From Candidatus Latescibacterota bacterium (GTDB lineage: Bacteria > Latescibacterota > UBA2968 > UBA8231): a DNA stretch of 64,000 bases. Of the stretch, positions 8,639-18,538 are shown in pieces (position 1 is the stretch's first letter; each line of letters begins with the position of its first letter). Location of the stretch: the NCBI GenBank assembly GCA_965203175.1, contig OZ241867.1, positions 1,408,001 to 1,472,000 of the forward strand, in the 5' to 3' direction. The notes beneath the pieces were generated by a model. The model saw nothing but the letters and a program-made list of their open reading frames with translations. It had not been told where the DNA came from and ran no database searches. The translations under genes were made by a program, and so were the position numbers.

Positions 8639-10747
8639 TTAGTGCAGCAGTAGCATGAGCCTTTGTCGGACCGCGTATTCGGTAACTAGTTCGCAGATAT
8701 AGGTGCCGGAACCAGCCGGCCGCTGGTCTTGGCCCCTGCCGTCCCACGTCACCGTCTGCATACCCATTGGCTGGTGCGCTTGGACCAAGGTTTTAATGCG
8801 CTGCCCTAGACTGTTATAGATACTGAGGCGCACCTCGGTAGGGGCCGCCAACGAGTAGCGGATCGTGGTGTAGGGATTGAAGGGATTGGGATAATTTTGT
8901 TCGAGATTGAACCGAGTGGGTTGTGCCTCCGTATCGCGGATATTGGTCGCGACGTCTAGCCGGATGGTAACGGGTTCCATGTCAGCTTCGAGGGTAAAGG
9001 GTGCGGTGAACACTTCGTCGCCGAGGCGAACCTCTACTTGGTAGGAGCCGTAAAAACCCCGGCCACTGAACTGTCCTGCGGCGCTGGTGCGACCCTGCTG
9101 GCGGGTCCACCACTGATCAAAAACCAAATCCTTGTAGATCTGGGCGTGAGGTCTAGGACTCCAGTCGGCGTTGTACAGGGCGGCGTTGGGTCGCCAGTGA
9201 GCCTTTTCCCAGAAACCCCACCACTGCAAACCGGCGACCGCCGGGTGGCTGAAGACGACGGTCATAAAGTCGCGGGTATAATCGTTGAGTAGTGCTTGGT
9301 CGGTTGTGTTGATGTCGAATTCGGTGATTTTGATGTCGAGGCCGAAGCGGCCGAAGCGGTCGAGCAGTGCCAATAGCTTTGCAGGAGCTGTCACTTGGTC
9401 GCCAAAATGCCCTTGCATACCCAAGCCGGTAATGGGGGCACCTTGATCGAGCAAATACTGAATGGTTTGCTCGTAGTGGTTCTGGTGAGCTATATCTTGG
9501 CCGTTATTGCTGAGGATGTTGTAGTCGTTGAGGTACAGGGGGGCCGTGGGGAGATTGCGGCGGGCGGCTTGGAACCACTCGACTATGACGTGATCGCCGC
9601 TGAGATCCATGAGGTCGTGGTTGGTGTACGGCTCGTTGATGACGTCCCACTCCTCGACCAGCCCCTCGGTGGCTTGGGTGATCTCGTCTATATGGTCAAT
9701 GACGAGTGGGGGAATAGCCGTGGCCGCGTCGGCTTGGTCGGTCATATCACGGATGCTTTGAGGCAGATTGCGCCAGCTAGGCCAGACCAAGACGTGGCCG
9801 CGCCGGTGAAAACCATGGGCTTTGAGCCAGGCAAAGCCGGCCAGCGTCTTGGCGCGACTGAAATGGGTTTGGCCCCAGTCGCCATCCCAAGGCGGCCATT
9901 TGAGGGCGTTCTCGTTGGCGGCGGCGTTGAAGAGCTCTTGGACCTTGGCGCGATAGGTCTGATCTTCGGCCGTCTCGCTGGTCAGCCGCCACATCTGCAG
10001 AGCCGAGCCAAACAGGAAGGCGTGGCGCTGCATGGTGACTTCGACGAGGGCATCGGCTACTGGCTGTCCAGCCGAGTCGACGATTTGCAGCGTGAAATCG
10101 CCTTGGCGGTGCTGCCTGATGCGCTCCTCAGCGCTCTGTCGCCAAGCGGCGTCAGGGGCGCGACCGGCGTAGGTCAAGCGGGTCTGGGGCAGGTCGCCCA
10201 CGGATAGGCTGCTGCCGTAGTGAAGGACTTCAAAGCCGGCGATTTCAATGGTCTGGCGACGGCTGCCGACGCCGAAGTTAATCGCGGCTGCGCCGGCGTC
10301 GTACTCGTCGATAAATTCAAACGGATAAAAGAACTCGCGCCAAGCAAGCCCTACACTGAACCCCTTGTAGAGCGATTTGTCCCAATCGGGCGCGGCTTTC
10401 TGGGCATAGACGGTGGCATCGACCTCGCCGGTCTCGTCACTCGACTCGATCCCCCGCGCCCAAAAGTGGACCAGGGCGACATCGCCCTTTTGCACCGCGA
10501 GGGCCGTGGGGTTGCCAATTTCGACGCTCCAAGGATCGCCAGCCTCGTGCAGCACTTCGATGCGCAGGGCTTGGGTAAATGATGCGTGCTCAACCTCTAC
10601 GACCTGACTGCGGGCACGGTTGGCGGCGCTGGGTACGCGGGCCGAGTGGAGAAAGTCGCCTTGGGTCAAAGGAATGCCGCCAGTGGGGATCTGTGCTTGG
10701 GCGGCGTGGACGGCTAGCAGGAGGGCAAAAGAGATGAATTTGAGCAT
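8639..10747 (-). CDS. Secreted GH10 endo-1,4-beta-xylanase-like enzyme with N-terminal CBM-like and C-terminal FlgD-Ig/sorting domains
   Basis: Signal peptide, ENALKW, RGHVLVW, WDVINEP, GMQGH, ITEFD, NYPNPFNP tail. Confidence 0.92.
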   Translation of the reverse strand: MLKFISFALLLAVHAAQAQIPTGGIPLTQGDFLHSARVPSAANRARSQVVEVEHASFTQALRIEVLHEAGDPWSVEIGNPTALAVQKGDVALVHFWARGIESSDETGEVDATVYAQKAAPDWDKSLYKGFSVGLAWREFFYPFEFIDEYDAGAAAINFGVGSRRQTIEIAGFEVLHYGSSLSVGDLPQTRLTYAGRAPDAAWRQSAEERIRQHRQGDFTLQIVDSAGQPVADALVEVTMQRHAFLFGSALQMWRLTSETAEDQTYRAKVQELFNAAANENALKWPPWDGDWGQTHFSRAKTLAGFAWLKAHGFHRRGHVLVWPSWRNLPQSIRDMTDQADAATAIPPLVIDHIDEITQATEGLVEEWDVINEPYTNHDLMDLSGDHVIVEWFQAARRNLPTAPLYLNDYNILSNNGQDIAHQNHYEQTIQYLLDQGAPITGLGMQGHFGDQVTAPAKLLALLDRFGRFGLDIKITEFDINTTDQALLNDYTRDFMTVVFSHPAVAGLQWWGFWEKAHWRPNAALYNADWSPRPHAQIYKDLVFDQWWTRQQGRTSAAGQFSGRGFYGSYQVEVRLGDEVFTAPFTLEADMEPVTIRLDVATNIRDTEAQPTRFNLEQNYPNPFNPYTTIRYSLAAPTEVRLSIYNSLGQRIKTLVQAHQPMGMQTVTWDGRGQDQRPAGSGTYICELVTEYAVRQRLMLLLH

Positions 10748-10929
10748 GGATACTCCCAGATAGATTATTAGAAGCGCACCAAGTGCGGTTTATCGTCGAG
10801 CAGATCATCGGTTCGCCGGTTGCCCCGTCTTTGCCCATGCCACTATATTGCTCCAGCCACCGTGCCACAGGAACCTCCGATAAGCTACCTGTAAGCTATA
10901 CCAGTGGCCCCAACCCAGAAAGGACTCCT

Positions 10930-11973
10930 ATGCCAACCATTGCTGCCAACGATTCCCGTCTGACGTGGAGCGGCCCTCTTTCGCTCGAAGAAGGACCGGG
11001 TTGGGTCAAGCCTTGGCGCATTCCCCATGGGGATTTGGACCTGTACTCGCCTGGGGAGAGCGGCCTTGCCGAGCGGGCCGAGATGCCTTCGGGCGTGCGC
11101 GTGCGCTTGGCCACAGACGCAGAGGAATTGGTCGTCAGTTGTGAGCCGCTAGCCGAGGATGGCTGTTTTGACCTGTGCGTCGGTGGGCAGATTGTGGCCA
11201 CCACTTCGCATGCGGCTGGAGCGACCGAGGTCCGTTTTGAGGGCTTGCCCGCGGGCGAGAAATCCGTGGAGATTTGGCTATCGCCGGCCATGCCCGTCGC
11301 CGTGCGCCACATTGCATTGCCCGGGGGAGCACATTGCGAAAAAAGCGAAGACACTCGGCTGAAGTGGGTTGCGTATGGCAGCTCCATCACCCATTGCCGC
11401 ACCGCGGGATCGCCCGCCACCACTTGGCCCGGAGTGGTAGCGCGCGCCCGGGACTTCAACCTCACGTCGCTGGGTTTCGGCGGCCAGTGCCACGCCGACC
11501 CGTTCATCGCCCGGCTGATCCGCGACCTGCCCGCGGACTTTATCTCGGTCAAGATCGGCATCAACATCTACGGTGCCGCTAGCCTCGGCCCGCGCGCTTT
11601 CCGCCCGGCCGTTCTCGGCACCATTGCCACCATCCGCGACGGCCATCCCCACACCCCGTTTGCGGTCTGCTCGCCGATTTGGGGCCACGACCGCGAGACT
11701 ACGCCCAATATGGTTGGCCTAACGTTGGAGCAGATGCGCGTCGAGGTTGCAGAAGCCGTGGAGTCGTTCAAAAAGCGCGGCGACGACAACATCTATTACA
11801 TAGACGGTCTCAAGCTCTTTGACGAAAGCCTCGCCGAATATCTGCCGGACAACCTCCATCCAGACGCCACCGGCTACGAGCTTATGGGGCAGAATTTTCT
11901 CGAAGAAGTGTTTGGGGTGCAGGGGGTGCAGGTGGGGAAGGAACTTGGCCAGCGGGCATCGACCGTAGATTAG
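10930..11973 (+). CDS. SGNH/GDSL hydrolase (SsfX3-like)
   Basis: YGSSITH, LGFGG, IGIN, DNLHP; AAAGGA RBS before ATG 10930. Confidence 0.88.
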   Translation: MPTIAANDSRLTWSGPLSLEEGPGWVKPWRIPHGDLDLYSPGESGLAERAEMPSGVRVRLATDAEELVVSCEPLAEDGCFDLCVGGQIVATTSHAAGATEVRFEGLPAGEKSVEIWLSPAMPVAVRHIALPGGAHCEKSEDTRLKWVAYGSSITHCRTAGSPATTWPGVVARARDFNLTSLGFGGQCHADPFIARLIRDLPADFISVKIGINIYGAASLGPRAFRPAVLGTIATIRDGHPHTPFAVCSPIWGHDRETTPNMVGLTLEQMRVEVAEAVESFKKRGDDNIYYIDGLKLFDESLAEYLPDNLHPDATGYELMGQNFLEEVFGVQGVQVGKELGQRASTVD

Positions 11974-11981
11974 GAGACATT

Positions 11982-12566
11982 ATGCAGGTTGTATGGGAGT
12001 TGGATAATTTAGATCAGTTGGGCGACAATAAACTCGACGTGGGTGGCCGACCCGCTGTAATTGCAGGCCCCTATGGACCGGCTATTGAGTTCGACGGGAT
12101 GCGGGATGCGTTGTTTATCGGAACCAATCCCCTCGCTGGGTTGGAGGTTTTTACCATTGAACTTGATTTCCGGCCCGATGAGGGAGGGTTGGCCGAGCAG
12201 CGCTTCTTGCATTTGGGGGAAGCCAACGGAGACCGCGTGCTTTTCGAGACGCGTCTGACTGGGACGGGGCACTGGTATCTCGACACCTTTATCAGCTCGG
12301 GAGACTCGGACCGAGCCTTGTTAAATGAAGGCCAACTCCATCCTGTGGGGGAGTGGTACCATTTAGCACTGACCTGCGACGGGCGCAATGAAACCAACTT
12401 TGTCAATGGCGTTGAGGAGGCGAGCGGGCCGATTGATTTTGCCCCGTTAACAGGGGGCCAGATGTCGATTGGGGTGCGGTTGAATCGCGTGTGTTGGTTT
12501 AAGGGAGCGATTGGTCGGATCCGGTTTACGGCCGGAGTATTGACGCCAGAGGAATTTATGCGCTAG
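11982..12566 (+). CDS. LamG/concanavalin-A-like domain protein
   Basis: AIEFDG, FTIE, WYHLALT, FVNG, FKGAI; TAGGAG RBS. Confidence 0.8.
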   Translation: MQVVWELDNLDQLGDNKLDVGGRPAVIAGPYGPAIEFDGMRDALFIGTNPLAGLEVFTIELDFRPDEGGLAEQRFLHLGEANGDRVLFETRLTGTGHWYLDTFISSGDSDRALLNEGQLHPVGEWYHLALTCDGRNETNFVNGVEEASGPIDFAPLTGGQMSIGVRLNRVCWFKGAIGRIRFTAGVLTPEEFMR

Positions 12567-12823
12567 GCGGGCAGGAGGGATAACAGGAATCTTGTTTGTT
12601 CTTTGTCAATTTCAAAGCGACCTACTACCGTTTGTTGCGTAAATAGCTGTAATTAGGTATTGTACTCAATAGTGTAGTTCCTCTGAGTTTTCAGACTACG
12701 CGAAGTTTTTTTGTAACCTACCGATGGTTTCTGCGCTTTTCTCGGCACCCCCAATCCAATCCTGTTTTGAGTGTATCCCCGAGGCATGTCGCTTTATATC
12801 TCGGACTATCAAGACAGGAGTTT

Positions 12824-14224
12824 ATGTCTTCTATTCAATTTGAGGCCCTCAAGCTAAACGAGCCATTGCTGCGCGCGTTGGCTAAAGAAGGGTACCAACA
12901 GCCGACGCCAATCCAGGAACAGGCTATTCCCAAGGTGCTGGCGGGCCAAGATCTGTTGGCCACCGCACAGACAGGTACCGGCAAGACGGCGGCCTTTGCA
13001 CTGCCGATGCTGCAAGTACTCTACGGGCGCAAGGGCCGCGGACCAATCCGTGCGCTGATCTTGACGCCGACGCGGGAGCTGGCGCTGCAGATCGACGAGA
13101 GTTTCCGCAACTATGGCCGCTATCTAAAGCTCACCAGCATGGTGATTCTCGGTGGAGTGCCGCTGGGCTCACAAGTGAGTGCGCTGCGCGAAAAACCCGA
13201 TATCGCGGTGGCGACGCCGGGCCGTTTGCTCGACCTGATAAACCAAGGCTATATAAAGCTGGACCAGATCGAGATGCTGGTCCTCGACGAGGCCGACCGG
13301 ATGTTGGACATGGGTTTTATCCACGATGTCCGCCGGATTGTCGGGGCCTTGCCCAAAAAGCGGCAGACGATGCTCTTTTCGGCGACCTTGTCCAAGGAAA
13401 TCACCGCCCTGGCCGGTGATATGCTCGACGAGCCGGTCAATGCCGAGGTGACGCCGGCGGCGTCGGTGTCGGAACGAATCGACCAACAAGTGCTATTTGT
13501 CGAACAAGATGGCAAACGCGATCTGCTGAAGCAGGTACTCAAGGGCGAAGACGTGCGCCGCGCCTTGGTCTTTACGCGGACCAAGCGTCGGGCCAACAGG
13601 GTGATGAAGCAATTGTCCAATCAGGGCATCGCCGCCGCCGCGATCCATGCCGACAAAAATCAGAGTGCCCGCCAGCGAGCGTTGGCGGCGTTTGATCGCG
13701 GGCGGATCAAAGTCCTGGTCGCCACCGATATCGTCGCTCGGGGTATCGACGTGGAGGGAATTTCCCACGTTATCAACTACGACCTACCCAATGACAAGGA
13801 GAGCTATGTGCACCGGATCGGCCGCACGGCCCGGGCTGGGGCGGAAGGCATCGCTCTGTCGTTTTGTGCGGCGGAGGAAGTGGCGATCTTGCGGAGCATT
13901 GAGCGGCTGACGGGCGTGCCCTTGACCATCGTCTCGCGCGGCGCAAGAGCGGAATACCAAGATAGCAATGGGGATAAGGGGCAGGGTGCGGCGAAGAGGC
14001 CGCGAAGGGGCGAGGGAAAAGCCTCGAATACGGCGAAGAGGCGGCGCAGGAGCAATGGAAATCGCCGCGACGGGACTCATGTTACATCGACGCTCGGTCC
14101 AGCCGCGAATGGACGGCGCAATACCAATGCGAATGCGCAAAAGCGCACGGGGATGCGAGGCGAGGGGGCAAGCCGGCAACGCCTGTTTGGGCGGCGGACT
14201 CGCGCGGCGCAGACGACTCGTTAG
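12824..14224 (+). CDS. rhlE: DEAD-box RNA helicase, RhlE-like, with basic C-terminal tail
   Basis: Q motif GYQQPTPIQ, AQTGTGKT, PTRELA, DEAD, SAT, ARGID, HRIGRTAR; CAGGAG RBS before ATG 12824. Confidence 0.9.
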   Translation: MSSIQFEALKLNEPLLRALAKEGYQQPTPIQEQAIPKVLAGQDLLATAQTGTGKTAAFALPMLQVLYGRKGRGPIRALILTPTRELALQIDESFRNYGRYLKLTSMVILGGVPLGSQVSALREKPDIAVATPGRLLDLINQGYIKLDQIEMLVLDEADRMLDMGFIHDVRRIVGALPKKRQTMLFSATLSKEITALAGDMLDEPVNAEVTPAASVSERIDQQVLFVEQDGKRDLLKQVLKGEDVRRALVFTRTKRRANRVMKQLSNQGIAAAAIHADKNQSARQRALAAFDRGRIKVLVATDIVARGIDVEGISHVINYDLPNDKESYVHRIGRTARAGAEGIALSFCAAEEVAILRSIERLTGVPLTIVSRGARAEYQDSNGDKGQGAAKRPRRGEGKASNTAKRRRRSNGNRRDGTHVTSTLGPAANGRRNTNANAQKRTGMRGEGASRQRLFGRRTRAAQTTR

Positions 14225-14278
14225 CGATTCGCCGACAGTGTGGCCGGTCAAACTCAAGGACAGGATCGACTGAAAACT

Positions 14279-14998
14279 ATGGCAGATCTAACAGGCAAAG
14301 TAGCGATCATCGTCGGTGCCAGTAGCGGAATGGGTGAGGCGACGGCGAAAACCTACGTCGAAGCCGGGGCAAAAGTGGTGCTGGCTGCCCGCAGCGGCGA
14401 CAAACTGGAGGCGCTGGCGGAGGAGTTAGGTGAAAACGCCTTGGCTTGTGCCACCGACGCGAGGGACAAGGCGGCCGCAGAGGCATTGGTCCAGCGGGCG
14501 GTAGCAGCGTATGGCCGGGTAGATATCCTGGCCTATGTGACGGGGACCAATATCCCGGATCGCGCATTGAAGGTGCTCACCGAGGAGACTTGGGAAATGA
14601 TGCTCGGCACCAATCTGACGGGGGCGTTCCACTGCACCCAGGCCGCATTGCCGGTGATGCGCGAGCAGGGCAGCGGATTGATCATTTACGTGTCGAGCGG
14701 TTGTGTGCAGCAGCCGGATGTCTCTGGGGTCTCTTATCAGGCGAGCAAGCACGGGATGGTCGGATTGGCCCACGGCACTTTCCAGGAGGAGAAGGAAAAC
14801 GGCGTCCGCACCTGCGTGATCTTTCCGGGGCTGACCGACACGCCGCTGGTGCTCAAGCGGCCGGTGCCCACCCCACCGGAGGTGATGGCCCAGGCGTTAA
14901 TGCCGCAGGATGTGGCCGATGCCTGCCTCTTTGTCGCAGCGCTACCGGCGCGGGCCTATGTGCCAGAGTTGGTGTTATTGCCAGCGGGACTTTCCTAG
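14279..14998 (+). CDS. SDR family oxidoreductase
   Basis: GASSGMG, YQASK. Confidence 0.92.
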   Translation: MADLTGKVAIIVGASSGMGEATAKTYVEAGAKVVLAARSGDKLEALAEELGENALACATDARDKAAAEALVQRAVAAYGRVDILAYVTGTNIPDRALKVLTEETWEMMLGTNLTGAFHCTQAALPVMREQGSGLIIYVSSGCVQQPDVSGVSYQASKHGMVGLAHGTFQEEKENGVRTCVIFPGLTDTPLVLKRPVPTPPEVMAQALMPQDVADACLFVAALPARAYVPELVLLPAGLS

Positions 14999-15102
14999 CG
15001 ATCAAATGGAGGACGGAGGATGGGCGATACCTATAGAGTGAGAGATTGCTTTGGCCACGATGCTTGACAATGGGACGCCGCCGGGAAACAGGGGTTAATA
15101 TT

Positions 15103-16262
15103 GGCGTTGTTGCATGAATCATATCTGGGGCATCATTGTCGAATGTTGTTTTTTGTTCAGTTGATTTTTTCTACTCGATACGACTGGGGTTTGCCCACAT
15201 GGATCATTCGATTGAGGAGGGCACAGCCGAGGCGACTTTCGACCTGTTGGTTGATCCAGCTACGCGCCTTCAGCTTGTCGCCGATGAGGTGCTTATAGCG
15301 ATAGATTTGCGTTTCGGCCAACGAGCGTCGATGATAGCCACTGGCCTGTTTCCACTCCTTGCGTCCCTTTCGTCGTATGGCCCGCAGGATTTCATCGCGC
15401 GCCAACGGGGGGACCTTACAATTACCATGCTGATGGATTGTAGCGTCTTTGCGCAGTGCGATGATCGGCCGAATCGAGGGATCACTCCGCGTGGCCAAGG
15501 CGTCGAACACCTTCTGTTTGTCATAGGCCCCATCGCCGCCTACCGCCTCCACCGCCTCGTCGACTTGGGTCAACAGAGGGGCCACCTGCGAGGCATCATC
15601 GATCCGATGGGACGTCAACGTCTGCGCGACCACCTCGCCGGTGGCCTCGTTGACCCCCACATGCAGTTTGCGCCACGTGCGCCGTTTGGTCCAGCCGTGT
15701 TGACGGACTTTCCTCTCGCCCTCGCCATAGACTTTCAAACCCGTCGAATCCACTACCAAGTGCATCGGGCTAGCCGGGCTATCGGGCTGCTTTTTCGGCA
15801 ACTCCACCGCCAAGGCCCCTTGGCGACGCGACAAGGTCGAGTAGTCCGGCACGGCCAAGGCCAACCCCATCAAGTCCAACAGCGATTGGATAAACCCCTG
15901 CGTCTGGCGCAACGGCAACCCAAGCAACACCCGCATCGTCAACATCCATTCAATCGCTGGATCCGAATAGACAAACTGAGCACCCCGTTGCGATGGCCCC
16001 TGAGCATACCATTGCTTCCACAGACCATCGTCCAGCCACACCGTCAGGCTACCACGAGCCACCAACGCCCGATTATACGACGACCAATTCTTAACCCGAT
16101 ACACCGGTTGCGACTTGACCGAGGGCGAACTGCCAGATACTTTGCTCATCACAGGCTCTTTGGGAAGAAAGGAACGTGTTTCTTGCTGGAAACCACGAAC
16201 CAATCTAACCGAAGAGCCTGACTCATTTCAAGACCCGAACACAGCTTTCATGCAACAACGCC
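15103..16262 (-). mobile_element. IS5-family (IS903 group) insertion sequence, copy 1, 1160 bp
   Basis: Perfect 16-bp terminal inverted repeats GGCGTTGTTGCATGAA (15103-15118, 16247-16262) around a DDE transposase. Confidence 0.95.
15157..16149 (-). CDS. IS5-family transposase
   Basis: YRVKNWSSYNRALVARGSL, PDYSTLSRR, DSTGLKVYGEGE, WRKLH, GDGAYD, YHRRSLAET. Confidence 0.95.
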   Translation of the reverse strand: MSKVSGSSPSVKSQPVYRVKNWSSYNRALVARGSLTVWLDDGLWKQWYAQGPSQRGAQFVYSDPAIEWMLTMRVLLGLPLRQTQGFIQSLLDLMGLALAVPDYSTLSRRQGALAVELPKKQPDSPASPMHLVVDSTGLKVYGEGERKVRQHGWTKRRTWRKLHVGVNEATGEVVAQTLTSHRIDDASQVAPLLTQVDEAVEAVGGDGAYDKQKVFDALATRSDPSIRPIIALRKDATIHQHGNCKVPPLARDEILRAIRRKGRKEWKQASGYHRRSLAETQIYRYKHLIGDKLKARSWINQQVESRLGCALLNRMIHVGKPQSYRVEKIN

Positions 16263-16543
16263 TCTCTGACAAAAATGATTTTCTTGCTAAGTGCGATCGC
16301 CATGCCCAACTCGACCCACATACCGCCCGTTGACGATACTCCGTCCAATAGAATCAAAGCATCTGCGTCTCTTAAGTCATTGTAGTCATTGCGAGCACAT
16401 AGGTCTAGCTCTTTACCATAGTTCAGACCAAGGACCCAACGTGCGTTGCAAGTCCAGCCGCTTAGTCTCTCAATCTCGCGTACCTTGTCCAGACTCCCCT
16501 CGCGGGTATTATAGGGTGCAGCTACGTAGAATTTTCCGCTCAT
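16263..16543 (-). pseudogene. Nucleoside 2-deoxyribosyltransferase-like gene, 5' part (3' part at 21688-21832, + strand)
   Basis: FYVAAPY, D..D...ADALI, GGMWVELGMAIAL.K; cut by the IS at ...KIIFVR and continues in frame after IS copy 2. Confidence 0.75.
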
Positions 16544-16598
16544 ATCATATACTCTTTCTTTAGTCCTTTGGCTTCGTTGAAGTCTGATCCTATCGCAT

Positions 16599-17014
16599 TC
16601 AGTTGAAGGCATCCAGAGCTTGTGAACTTTCAGGGTAACACTCTTCGAGAAATGCTCTAACAATCGCTGGATTTTTTGACGAATCCCATCCGCGCCTCTC
16701 CTTGTCAGCTTCCGGTTCAATGTCTGCGATGAGCAAATCCTCAACAAACGGCTTTGACGAAGCAATTACCGCTCCATTGGGATCAATGATATTGTTGATC
16801 CGTAGGAAACGAACTCGTCTTGGTGTCCCGCGACGTCAGCCGCTATCACGGTCAAGCCATTCTCGACTGCCCGTGCGATCTGAGCGCTCCAGTCGAGTAC
16901 CTCGGTATAGCCCTCCCGGATAGGGTCATCAGACCTAAGCACATCCCGAGCGTACGTGGCCGCATTCTCGTCGTGATTGTAGATATCTACGTGACTACCT
17001 CTCATCTCCGTCAT
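16599..17014 (-). pseudogene. Chimera: probable SAM methyltransferase N-terminus joined to a frameshifted C-N hydrolase C-terminus
   Basis: YNHDENAATY...PIREGY..VLDW, then SAQIARAVENGLTVIAADVAG; 16569-16890 is homologous to 19942-20264 with a 1-bp deletion. Confidence 0.7.
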
Positions 17015-17031
17015 CCTTCTAACAGCATTTA

Positions 17032-17859
17032 CTAATCCGAACTAACAACAACCGAAATAGTTGGAACCAATGTCTTTTGTATTGCTTCCCACATCTCTTT
17101 ATTTGCAGCGCATAATAATCCTTTGCGGGAATCCAGCGGAGAGTATTCAGTTCCATCGAATCTGCGCACGAAACCTCCTGCCTCTTCTGCAATCAAGATT
17201 CCAGGAGCGTGATCCCACACCAACGTGCGGTAGTAAAACAGAAATTGCATTTCGTTTTTCGCAAAGGCGTTGTAATCATAGCCAGCGCATTTGGTTTTTT
17301 CTATACGTAGAAAGCAATTAGATGCTGCTTCGGCAGCGGGTCTTAAGGAGTCCGGCAAAAACCCCGTCAGCAATGCTCCGCGTAAATTAGACAAGGTCTG
17401 AAACGCAAATTCAACTTTTAGTCTTGTATCTCCTTCAAAAGCCCCACTCCCTTTTTCCGCGCTCGTCAACGTTCCGTCTAGCGGATTAAGTATCCATGCC
17501 CCGAGCGTGACACTGCAATAAATGAGGCAAACCATTATAGCAATAGGAGGTTTTCCCGAAACAAAATTTCCGGTTCCATCCAGAGGATCGATAATCCAGA
17601 CAGGTGCGTTTGAGCGTAGTGCTGACAGCAAACTCGGATTCGCGTGTACGCTCTCCTCACCTAGGACTAACGAACCCTCTATCAACTTGGGTAGATGGTC
17701 CATTAAGAATGACTCGCAGCTTCTATCCGCTATAGTGACGATTTCATCGGGAGTCTTTTCTGCGACATCACCCTGTCTGAGATTTTGCCAGAGAGGCATG
17801 ATTTTTTGCTCGGACGCTTCGCGAAGAAGTGTCTCGACTTGCCTATGAGGGATTTCCAT
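17032..17859 (-). CDS. Inositol monophosphatase family protein
   Basis: VTIAD, LGEE, WIIDPLDGT, WDHAPG. Confidence 0.92.
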   Translation of the reverse strand: MEIPHRQVETLLREASEQKIMPLWQNLRQGDVAEKTPDEIVTIADRSCESFLMDHLPKLIEGSLVLGEESVHANPSLLSALRSNAPVWIIDPLDGTGNFVSGKPPIAIMVCLIYCSVTLGAWILNPLDGTLTSAEKGSGAFEGDTRLKVEFAFQTLSNLRGALLTGFLPDSLRPAAEAASNCFLRIEKTKCAGYDYNAFAKNEMQFLFYYRTLVWDHAPGILIAEEAGGFVRRFDGTEYSPLDSRKGLLCAANKEMWEAIQKTLVPTISVVVSSD

Positions 17860-17868
17860 GAAACGCAA

Positions 17869-18348
17869 TTATTCCGCTTTGCTCCAGAACGCATCCAATA
17901 CCGTACGGACGCTAGACGCGACTTCGTAGTGGCCGATGTCGTGCATACTTACCCAAACATGTGCGTCATGTTCCGTGAGTTGAATTGGGCTTGCGCGGCA
18001 CACGTTCACTTCGAAGTTAAACTGGCGTGTTCGAGTGCCGCTTTTAGACTCGTAATCGAAGTTGGACAAATGGCGACGAATCCCGACTATATCAAGACCT
18101 GTTTCCTCAAGAACTTCACGTCTAAGGGCACTTTCAAGCGGTTCACCGTCTTCGACCTGACCGCTCGGTAGCTCGTAAATACCGCCTATAAAGTCGTCGA
18201 TCTTACGGCGGAGCAGGAGGACAGTGCCTTCTTTGAGAATAACCGCGCCTACGACATAGCGAAAGATGCCCTCCGATTTGGCCTCTGCAAGAAACTCATG
18301 AGCACTCTTATAGTTGATCTTAGGCGGCTTTGTTACATGAATATCCAT
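17869..18348 (-). CDS. NUDIX hydrolase
   Basis: Nudix box GQVEDGEPLESALRREVLEETGL. Confidence 0.92.
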   Translation of the reverse strand: MDIHVTKPPKINYKSAHEFLAEAKSEGIFRYVVGAVILKEGTVLLLRRKIDDFIGGIYELPSGQVEDGEPLESALRREVLEETGLDIVGIRRHLSNFDYESKSGTRTRQFNFEVNVCRASPIQLTEHDAHVWVSMHDIGHYEVASSVRTVLDAFWSKAE

Positions 18349-18370
18349 AAGTCGTTTTTTTTACAGCAAG

Positions 18371-18478
18371 TTAGCGTTTTGGTGTCAAATTTCGTAAACT
18401 ATTTTGGGTCCGTAAACAGCTCAATGCTTCCATTGAGCCATTCTCGAGCAGTGGTGCCTGATAGGCAGCAATCTTCAT
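18371..18478 (-). pseudogene. Orphan N-terminal fragment of a carbon-nitrogen hydrolase
   Basis: Manual translation MKIAAYQAPLLENGSMEALSCLRTQ...*, resembling the first strand and helix of nitrilase-family proteins. Confidence 0.6.
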
Positions 18479-18538
18479 GCGATCAATCCAATCCCAGTTC
18501 ATCAGGACAATCCGAGCATAGTCCGTCCAGTTAGAAGC

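Noticed and set aside
12567-12823. ncRNA in the AT-rich gap before the DEAD-box helicase
   Set aside because: No recognisable structure; consistent with a promoter and long 5' UTR
15136-16221. 361-aa ORF antisense to the transposase (also 20569-21654)
   Set aside because: Shadow ORF with no recognisable motifs
16223-16765. 180-aa ORF as an intact gene
   Set aside because: Composite of an off-frame nitrilase remnant, the NDT-like 5' part and read-through into the IS end
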